From Bacteroidales bacterium (GTDB taxonomy: Bacteria; Bacteroidota; Bacteroidia; Bacteroidales; UBA932), in assembly GCA_012513425.1 (NCBI GenBank), contig JAAZCF010000165.1:1-54894 (forward strand): DNA of 54,894 bases, given 5' to 3'. This document shows, piece by piece, positions 24,076-31,222 of the stretch (position 1 is its first letter; each line of letters opens with the position of its first letter). The notes beneath the pieces are model-generated. The model made no database searches and was not told the DNA's origin. It saw nothing but the letters and a program-made list of their open reading frames with translations. The translations under genes were made by a program, and so were the position numbers.

Positions 24076-24798
24076 TTAGTCCTTTAGCAATCCTAGACGC
24101 TCTAAAATCACTGCTAGTTGTGCGCGTGTGACAGGTTCATCTGGACCATATCTACCATCACTATGGCCTCTAATGATTCCTGCTTTCATTGCCTTTCTAA
24201 TGCTTTGTTCTGCCCAATGACCTGTAACGTCATCTTTTACTCCTTTTTTCTTGAGCCCGAACGCCTTCTCAAGGCCAATGACATGACCATAAGCGACTTG
24301 TTGTAGGAACTGCTCTGTTTTCAATTTGGCAGCGTCACTTGGATTGTCAATGAATAAATTTTCCGTTAGTAAAGCAGGCATATTTGTTTGACGAAGTACT
24401 GCAAAGTTAGCGCGTTTCTTTCCGCGATCACGCACATTGCCGATTGCTTTCACAATCTCGGCGTGAATCACGTTTTGATATGCTATTGTCGCTGAACTAA
24501 CATTACCGTTGTATATGAATGTCTCAAAGCCCGTACCCTTGCCGCTGCCACTAGCGTTGATGTGAACACTCAAGAAAAAGTCTGCTTTTGCTTTGTTTGC
24601 AATTGCCGCGCGTTCGGACAAATCAATAAAACGGTCGTCTGTGCGGGTGTAGATGACTTTTACACCCTCATAGTTTTTGAGCATGGCGCCAATTCTTTTG
24701 ACGATATTCAATGTCAAATCTTTTTCTCTAAGCCCGTGCCCAACTGCACCTGGGTCGCTGCCTCCATGTCCCGGATCTAATACGATAACCTTACTCAT
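24076..24798 (-). CDS. Endolysin: N-acetylmuramoyl-L-alanine amidase (Amidase_3) with a C-terminal SLH domain
   Basis: The N-terminus VIVLDPGHGGSDPGAVG...SVHINA is the amidase part. The C-terminus VTGHWAEQSIRKAMKAGIIRGHSDGRYGPDEPVTRAQLAVILERL is an SLH motif. Confidence 0.85.
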   Translation of the reverse strand: MSKVIVLDPGHGGSDPGAVGHGLREKDLTLNIVKRIGAMLKNYEGVKVIYTRTDDRFIDLSERAAIANKAKADFFLSVHINASGSGKGTGFETFIYNGNVSSATIAYQNVIHAEIVKAIGNVRDRGKKRANFAVLRQTNMPALLTENLFIDNPSDAAKLKTEQFLQQVAYGHVIGLEKAFGLKKKGVKDDVTGHWAEQSIRKAMKAGIIRGHSDGRYGPDEPVTRAQLAVILERLGLLKD

Positions 24799-25124
24799 TC
24801 TTTAACCCTCCAAACTGCGTTAGCTTCATCTTCGAGTGGGAAGCTAGGTGCTTCTTCAATTACTTTTTGCATCAGCTTAATCAACTCTTCAGCAGGTTGT
24901 ACGACTTGCCCTTCAATTGGAATTTTAACCGGAATAGCAAATCCACTAAGTCCTGGTTTCCAAATACCTTCAGATTTTTTCATGTACCATTCACGAACAT
25001 TGATGTAACGAACACCATCACGCGCAACTAATTCAACACGTAGTTTTGTACGTTCGGATTTTTTAACCTCACCAATAAATTTACAGTTATCCCAGACTTT
25101 CTTTTGTTTTGACATATTATTCAA
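24795..25124 (-). CDS. PC4/YdbC-like ssDNA-binding protein candidate
   Basis: 109 aa. RVELVARDGVRYINVREWYMKKSEGIWKPGLSGFAIP resembles the PC4-family core. Confidence 0.45.
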   Translation of the reverse strand: MNNMSKQKKVWDNCKFIGEVKKSERTKLRVELVARDGVRYINVREWYMKKSEGIWKPGLSGFAIPVKIPIEGQVVQPAEELIKLMQKVIEEAPSFPLEDEANAVWRVKE

Positions 25125-25299
25125 CCTCCATTTTAATTGAATATTTAATCATACGCAAATAGTTTTCAGCGGTTCTTATGCACCACCCCCCTTAATTCTA
25201 TAATAATTATACTATAGAATAATGTAGTCGACTTAAGCAATTTTTCTTTCCTTTAGCTACTGCATGAGCTAAGAGCAAGTGTGTATAGAACTACAATGC

Positions 25300-27315
25300 T
25301 TAGCGAACTAAGTCAAACACAGAACCATCAAACACATTGAATTCTAAAGTACTTTGCATTTCTTCTTCTGTGAGAGGTTCAAATCCAACATCACCCGGGT
25401 CCACTTTTTCACCCCAAGATGGATTACCCTTTTCAGCGCCTGCTGTGATAGGCACCCTAAATTCTTTAAAGTCAGACAACAACCATCGTAGTTTAGGTAT
25501 TAAATGTAATTCACTCTTATGCACTTCTAATACTAATTCGTCATGTACTACATTCACCATACGTGTCTTATAACCATGCGCCATAAGGAACTTGTAAATA
25601 AGCACAATCTTATGTTTAATGTAGTCCGCGGCGCAGCCTTGAATCAGCGCGTTAGGCGCTTTATACGCCTCATCCCAAGTTAATCTACGACGTCGTTCAT
25701 ATTTGTTTTTGACATAACCTCTTGCGCGTACCACACTATGCACAGTATTTATAAAAGGAAGAGCTTCAGGAATCATAGCAAAGTAGTGCTGCTTAAAACT
25801 ACGAGCCTCGTTTAAAGGCATTTTAAGCAATGTAGCCGTTAACTCGTCGCCTTGCCCATAGATTAAGCCGAAGTTAATAGTCTTCGCTTTAGCGCGCTCA
25901 TCCTCAGTAACTTCTTCATAAGGTTTGTTGTAGATAATCGCAGCTGTAGCTTGGTGCACGTCATGACCATTCTTAATTGCTTCAATAAGTCCTTGCGCTT
26001 GGGCATAGTGAGCAAATATGCGGTACTCAATCTGATCAAGATCCATAAACCACAGCTCATACCCTTCAGAAGGTATGAATGCTTTACGTATGCGCTTGTC
26101 CTTTTTTGGCAACGTTTGCAGAGCTGGCTTGGTTATAGACATACGGCCCGTAGTTGCTTCTGTTTGGTTTATGGAACCATGAACTTTACCTTCAGCGTCA
26201 CGTTGGTCATAAATACCTATAGCGTAAGTACCAAGCAGTTTTTCATATTTACGATATTCCTGAATTTTGATGAGTAAGTCAATATTGTGCACCTCAATCA
26301 AACGTTTCAGTTCATCTTTGTCAAGTTTAATATTACCTTTCTCAGTGTATCTGAATATGCTAGGGTCTACACCTAAATCTAATAAGGCCTTGTGTATTTG
26401 TTTGTTAGAGTTCATGTTAAACATATAGCCCACAGTGTCGTAGACAGCTTGCTCAGCTTCATCGGCTAGGCGCTGTAGTTCTGCTTTGAGCGGCTCTTCG
26501 TAGTTAGGGTCTGTCTGCATACCGAAACGTTCTTTTGCCCACAGTGCTATCATCAATTGTATTTCATTCTCATATAGCATTTCTAAGCCTTCATTAACTA
26601 GTTTCGGATACTCATTGACAAATAGCACATAAGCATTCCATACGTCAGCATTCGCATACTCAGTAAGTAGCTCACGTGGAATTAATCGATAATCTGCTAC
26701 ACCATGTGTTTTCTTGTAGGTGTCTACCATGTATTCAAACTTCACTATTCCATCTTTGTATTTTGCAGCAATGTCCATTAACTTGAATGAGTGTCTATTC
26801 TCGTTCACAAGCTTCGCAATAATAACTGTGTCGTGTAGTTTACCTACCATCTTCATGCCAATATTTGCAAGCATGTGCATATCGAACTTTGTATTATGGT
26901 ATACTTTCTCAATTGTCGGGTCTTCAAGCAATACTTTGAGCTTTCTTAACTCTTCATAACCATTTTCTGCTGAGTCATATAATGTTATCATGTTTTTGCC
27001 ATCACAAATACTTATACAGAAAGGTAAATCTACAGGAGTTGCTCTTTTACCAGAACCAATCCAGCGACGAACAACGTTGCGCTGCATTTCATGGTTCTTG
27101 AGGTCAGTAGGATAGTCCTCTGTATCCATGAATAGGAATTTGCGGCCCATAAACTCAAATGGTTGTATTAAGTTCAAAACATCTTCAGCCTTTGTAGTTT
27201 CATAAGAGTTAGGCATCTTATGTTCTTTTGCAAATGTGTCTGGATTGTACGAGAAGTTTGTACCTTTCTTAATAACTGTTCTACGTTTGCGCTGAATAAC
27301 AGCCATGTTTCTCAC
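25300..27315 (-). CDS. DNA polymerase, family A (Pol I-like) with a 3'-5' exonuclease domain
   Basis: 671 aa. Exo motif FMDTED; motif A DLDQIEYRIFAH; motif B RAKAKTINFGLIYG; motif C VHDELVLE. Confidence 0.95.
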   Translation of the reverse strand: MRNMAVIQRKRRTVIKKGTNFSYNPDTFAKEHKMPNSYETTKAEDVLNLIQPFEFMGRKFLFMDTEDYPTDLKNHEMQRNVVRRWIGSGKRATPVDLPFCISICDGKNMITLYDSAENGYEELRKLKVLLEDPTIEKVYHNTKFDMHMLANIGMKMVGKLHDTVIIAKLVNENRHSFKLMDIAAKYKDGIVKFEYMVDTYKKTHGVADYRLIPRELLTEYANADVWNAYVLFVNEYPKLVNEGLEMLYENEIQLMIALWAKERFGMQTDPNYEEPLKAELQRLADEAEQAVYDTVGYMFNMNSNKQIHKALLDLGVDPSIFRYTEKGNIKLDKDELKRLIEVHNIDLLIKIQEYRKYEKLLGTYAIGIYDQRDAEGKVHGSINQTEATTGRMSITKPALQTLPKKDKRIRKAFIPSEGYELWFMDLDQIEYRIFAHYAQAQGLIEAIKNGHDVHQATAAIIYNKPYEEVTEDERAKAKTINFGLIYGQGDELTATLLKMPLNEARSFKQHYFAMIPEALPFINTVHSVVRARGYVKNKYERRRRLTWDEAYKAPNALIQGCAADYIKHKIVLIYKFLMAHGYKTRMVNVVHDELVLEVHKSELHLIPKLRWLLSDFKEFRVPITAGAEKGNPSWGEKVDPGDVGFEPLTEEEMQSTLEFNVFDGSVFDLVR

Positions 27316-27322
27316 TCTCCTA

Positions 27323-27559
27323 CTATTTTACAATATCATAGCTATAGCGAATGTATCGCGGATTATAAGCCTTTGTAGGCGTTCTAACAATTTTACCTTC
27401 TTGTAACAATTCTTCAATTACAAAGCGAGCCCTGTTTGGATTTTGACCTGCTTCATTAGCAATAGCTGATATAGACATCGTTTTGCCTCTGTTCTTTTTA
27501 ATTACTTTTAAGATTTGTTCCTTCTCTTCTGGATAAATTTTTATGTTGATTATTGCCAT
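27323..27559 (-). CDS. Winged-helix DNA-binding protein candidate
   Basis: ATG 27559 follows RBS GGAGGTGG. The sequence MSISAIANEAGQNPNRARFVIEELLQEGKIV is wHTH-like. Confidence 0.45.
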   Translation of the reverse strand: MAIINIKIYPEEKEQILKVIKKNRGKTMSISAIANEAGQNPNRARFVIEELLQEGKIVRTPTKAYNPRYIRYSYDIVK

Positions 27560-27791
27560 GCTTTCCACCTCCTATCTGATTTATCATCCGATGTAGTTTA
27601 TGTTGCTCTGCAGGTCTTAAGTTTACTGTAGTATGCACTTCTTGGGCAGCCTTTTCTTTTATTGCATTCATCAACTTCTCTTGTGTCTTTGGACCAATAC
27701 CAGGAACGTTCTTAATTGCCTCTTCAATTAGGTCCCAAGTGTCATTACAGCCCCTAATGTATGCTCTCAGCATTTTCTCTTGTAAACCCAT
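27498..27791 (-). CDS. Helix-hairpin-helix protein
   Basis: Start at ATG 27791 (MGLQEKML) after RBS AAGGGGTG. HhH motif VPGIGPKTQEKLM. The 3' end overlaps the next gene by about 60 nt. Confidence 0.45.
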   Translation of the reverse strand: MGLQEKMLRAYIRGCNDTWDLIEEAIKNVPGIGPKTQEKLMNAIKEKAAQEVHTTVNLRPAEQHKLHRMINQIGGGKHGNNQHKNLSRREGTNLKSN

Positions 27792-27819
27792 ATAAAACAC
27801 CCCTTAAAACAGTGATTTT

Positions 27820-28002
27820 TACTTGTAACATGTTCACAATCATTAACACAAGTTCGTGATAGGGTTTAATATAATTATATTAAGCAGGGTGGCACGAACT
27901 CGTAATAAGCTTGTTTACGAGTCCGTGAAAAGTCTAGTTTTTCAAAAGGAGCCTTATTGACTCCCATAAATATATTATAACATATTATCACGAACTTGTA
28001 TA
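27820..28002 (-). promoter_or_regulatory. Conserved regulatory cassette, copy 2, plus an extra sigma-A-like promoter
   Basis: Sites lie at 27846..27863, 27890..27903, 27913..27929 and 27987..28001. The central 16-bp palindrome TAATATAATTATATTA is at 27867..27882. The minus-strand promoter is TATACA, 17 nt, TGtTATAAT (27974..28002). Confidence 0.6.
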
Positions 28003-28009
28003 CGCTGTA

Positions 28010-28417
28010 TTATATCTTTACTACTTGTATACCTGCGGCGCGGAGTAGCCTCAGTCCTGTGTCCTCTTTCCAGTCCTCAAAATAGTACACTGTAGAAAAC
28101 CCGCCAGGTGTGTTAATAATCGCTGCGGCGCATTGTTTGCACGGTGCCAGCGTTACAAACATCACTTTGTCAGGGTCTTGGCATTTATTTTTAACCAGAC
28201 AATTTATCTCTGCATGGACACACCCATATTTGCCATCTACAACACATAGACAATTAGCGAGTCCTTTCGGTCCACCGTTCAATCCAATGCTGTAGACTTG
28301 AGTAAAATCTTTATCTGTTATGATTGCTGCTACTTTTCTTTCTCGGCATTTTGATAGTGTAGCTAGATTTTGCGTAAATTCTTTAAAGACCTTTAATCTC
28401 ATGTTCAATTGGACCAA
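28010..28417 (-). CDS. dCMP deaminase (ComEB / cytidylate deaminase family); start uncertain
   Basis: Zinc motifs CVHAEINC and PCKQCAAAI. About 130 aa. Confidence 0.8.
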   Translation of the reverse strand: MVQLNMRLKVFKEFTQNLATLSKCRERKVAAIITDKDFTQVYSIGLNGGPKGLANCLCVVDGKYGCVHAEINCLVKNKCQDPDKVMFVTLAPCKQCAAAIINTPGGFSTVYYFEDWKEDTGLRLLRAAGIQVVKI

Positions 28418-29036
28418 CCGCCTTTTCTAACTGCATTATTAGATAGCTGAAGATTTTGTCGCGACGTTCTTCAGTTAAACCCATACGCCGGCCTGTAGTT
28501 CCGTATTTATCAAACCACTTGAAAGGATTTTCCTGATACCGCGCTACGCTACCGCATTTCTCACACATAGGAAGCATGTTCCATGCTGTATAATGGCCAC
28601 CACTTTTAAACGGCACAAAGAACTCGCGCTTTGCTATATACTCATCGCCACATATTGCGCATCCTCCAAAGTATGAACAAGTCTGTAGCCACTCTTCCTC
28701 TGTCATCGGCTTGAAAGTCTTGTTGCTTAACTCAAGCCACTTTTTGAACAGCTTTTCAGCATATTCAGCACGGCGCTTGTGAAAGTTATGGCGGTTCTTT
28801 GCATGTAGGTCTGGCCTGCGTTTGTTAAATTCATTTTTACGGTTACTTTCGCATCGCTTACATCTGGTCTCAAGTATGCCTTTCTTGCTCATATAAAACT
28901 CTTTAAACGGCTTCCATTGCTTGCAAGTTCTACAAAACTGTGTAGGAAAATACGTTTTGCAAAATTTACATTTTTGAGCAATGTAGCTGAGAGGGAATTC
29001 CCAGCCACATTTATTACAAACTCTTACTGAGTTCAT
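28383..29036 (-). CDS. Zn-ribbon module protein with an HNH-like C-terminal domain
   Basis: The N-terminus has CNKCG...CKFC and CRTCKQWKPFKEF...RCKRCESNRKNEF. The C-terminus is CAICGDE...GGHYTAWNMLPMCEKCGS. Confidence 0.55.
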   Translation of the reverse strand: MNSVRVCNKCGWEFPLSYIAQKCKFCKTYFPTQFCRTCKQWKPFKEFYMSKKGILETRCKRCESNRKNEFNKRRPDLHAKNRHNFHKRRAEYAEKLFKKWLELSNKTFKPMTEEEWLQTCSYFGGCAICGDEYIAKREFFVPFKSGGHYTAWNMLPMCEKCGSVARYQENPFKWFDKYGTTGRRMGLTEERRDKIFSYLIMQLEKAVGPIEHEIKGL

Positions 29037-29484
29037 ATCGCATCACCGGTATATGATGTGGTATTTTATGCATCAGCCATTCATACGTATGCTTAATGGC
29101 AGCCAACTTGTCATATTCTGTGATGTAGTCCTCACCACGCTCTTGTGAACGTAGCCAGAGTAAATCTACCTTATCTGTGCAATGAATTATAATGCCGCCA
29201 CCATTCTTGACCAATGCGCTTTCCAGCTCATGCATTTGTTCAATAGTGATGTATGATTGGTCGCGCATAATTTTACCATACACCATTTCGGAATACCAAC
29301 AACGGTCAAATATTGCATTTTGTTTGTTATACACAGCCTGTAGATATGACTCATACATCTCTTGCTTTTCTTTTTCATTTTTAGGCTTACTACGATGAAT
29401 ATAAGGAAAGCCCAGCATATCTACTAGCTTATTAGCTAGTGTAGTTTTACCTGCACCTTCAGGTCCTTCAAGAATGATAATCAT
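29014..29484 (-). CDS. Thymidylate kinase-like dNMP kinase
   Basis: P-loop LEGPEGAGKTT and a DR motif (FDRCWYSE). 156 aa. Confidence 0.7.
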   Translation of the reverse strand: MIIILEGPEGAGKTTLANKLVDMLGFPYIHRSKPKNEKEKQEMYESYLQAVYNKQNAIFDRCWYSEMVYGKIMRDQSYITIEQMHELESALVKNGGGIIIHCTDKVDLLWLRSQERGEDYITEYDKLAAIKHTYEWLMHKIPHHIPVMRYELSKSL

Positions 29485-29753
29485 AACATACCTCCTAAAA
29501 ATTCGCGTAATTCTTCAAGCTGTTCCGGCTGAAGCGTTTGAATACTATTTGCAAAAGCTTTACTGACTAACAGATACGCTTGACCCAGCGTCAAAGGGTC
29601 AGCATGTTGCAATAGTGTAGTTTTGCCGGTTTGTTCATTGTATCCTACAACAACAAACTCATTGAATGTATCTACAGTGTTGTCCATCTTTATAGTACAT
29701 TTAGGTTTGAATGATTTAGTAAACTTATCATTTGTATACAGCTTGTATGTCAT
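29481..29753 (-). CDS. Hypothetical protein
   Basis: 90-aa ORF with an ATGA overlap with the downstream kinase gene. Confidence 0.45.
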   Translation of the reverse strand: MTYKLYTNDKFTKSFKPKCTIKMDNTVDTFNEFVVVGYNEQTGKTTLLQHADPLTLGQAYLLVSKAFANSIQTLQPEQLEELREFLGGML

Positions 29754-29764
29754 AGGTCAATCTC

Positions 29765-30148
29765 CTATCTATAAATTTTATTGTGAGTGTAGCCTTCATC
29801 TTGGCGGCGATGATTTTCTGTATTCTTAGCTACATACTCTTTGTAGATGTCGTCAGATAACATATTAAGTAACAATGCAATGTTTAAGATAAAATGCCAT
29901 AAATCAATGAACTCCTTGCGTGCTTTATCAAATGCTGCTTCAATCTCTTCTGAAGTCATTCTACTATAATCTTTCCAAGGCTTAAAGAACGGCAGCTCAT
30001 ACAGCATCTCGTTCATTTCTTGATTAGCATGAATACTAAACTCTTTAATCAATGCTACACGCGCTTCATGAGGCATGTCTGTGAAGTCGTATCCTAAGCG
30101 TTGTTGCAAAGTATTCTGTAACATTAACATCTCTTGTAGTTTATCCAT
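29765..30148 (-). CDS. All-alpha NTP pyrophosphatase (dimeric dUTPase / MazG-like), paralogue 1
   Basis: Start trimmed to MDKLQEML after RBS GAGGAGGAG. Motifs HANQEMNEMLYE...EFIDLWHFILNI. Confidence 0.6.
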   Translation of the reverse strand: MDKLQEMLMLQNTLQQRLGYDFTDMPHEARVALIKEFSIHANQEMNEMLYELPFFKPWKDYSRMTSEEIEAAFDKARKEFIDLWHFILNIALLLNMLSDDIYKEYVAKNTENHRRQDEGYTHNKIYR

Positions 30149-30161
30149 ATCAAACTCCTCC

Positions 30162-31208
30162 TCATTTAACTGTAAATGTTCTATATTTGATTGTTTTCTT
30201 ACAAGCTTCATAAATATCAGGGAACTCAGTTTTTAACTTATCTGTATCTACACGTGTCTGAGTCCTAGGTGACCATTTTATAATATGGTCAGTTGTATAG
30301 CCGATTTCATTATTTTGCATCTTATTTTGTAACTTGTGAATAGCCTCATTCATCTTCTTCTCAAGCTCTTTTATTTGTTGCTTTGTTTGCACAATGAACT
30401 CGGCTAATTCATTGTCTTCATCATCCGTAAGAGCTATTTCAGAGTCCTTCTCTGCATCTGGGAATTGTGACTGTATAAAGGCTGCATCAGCTTCGCTGCC
30501 GCTAAGGTCAGGTTCTATTAAGTTCTTTACATGATAGTTCCAAAATTTATCAGCAGCTGGGAATATTGTGTTCTTAATCAAATCATCGTCACGATACACT
30601 TCTAGTGTAACAAATCTATTCCCACCAATAAGCCCCGCGATGGCGCCGTACTTAAGACCTGTTATCCATAAGTACCATTGTAGTTGGTAAATATACGAAG
30701 TAGGTACATCACCTTCTTCCCAGTCCTTAAGCATCCGAGCGTCCGCTGTTTTAATTTCTAAGATGCCAATAGGCTTCTCTTCATCATCTACAATCACACG
30801 GTCAATGTTCGCTAATGCCCATTCATAGTCTTTGTGGCGCAGTGTTGCTGGACATATAACTACCCTCTTACCGGTACGCTCCATGAACTCGTCAGCGATA
30901 ATAGGCTCTAGTTTGTGTCCCCACTTCATACGCTCCAGCGCTACCTCACTCATGTTAAGGGATTCGTTATCTTGATACTGTCCGGTCTTTTTGAAATACA
31001 GCAGTCGTGCGGAGGAATATTTGTTCACTCCGCATATAGTACCAATATCCGAACCTCCGATACCTTTTGTGCGAACTGCAAGCCATTGTTCTTCATCTTC
31101 ATCTTGACTTACTGTAGATAATACTCTACAATTTGTAAACTGCGCTAGAAATGCTTCCGGATTATTTACCCTTTGTGATTCTTCATAAAGCTTTGTAATA
31201 TTGTTCAA
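30162..31208 (-). CDS. YqaJ-like PD-(D/E)XK recombination exonuclease
   Basis: GIGGSDIGTICGVNKYSS at the N-terminus and the ILEIKT (ExK) motif. Confidence 0.75.
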   Translation of the reverse strand: MNNITKLYEESQRVNNPEAFLAQFTNCRVLSTVSQDEDEEQWLAVRTKGIGGSDIGTICGVNKYSSARLLYFKKTGQYQDNESLNMSEVALERMKWGHKLEPIIADEFMERTGKRVVICPATLRHKDYEWALANIDRVIVDDEEKPIGILEIKTADARMLKDWEEGDVPTSYIYQLQWYLWITGLKYGAIAGLIGGNRFVTLEVYRDDDLIKNTIFPAADKFWNYHVKNLIEPDLSGSEADAAFIQSQFPDAEKDSEIALTDDEDNELAEFIVQTKQQIKELEKKMNEAIHKLQNKMQNNEIGYTTDHIIKWSPRTQTRVDTDKLKTEFPDIYEACKKTIKYRTFTVK

Positions 31209-31222
31209 TCAGCTCTCCTCCT

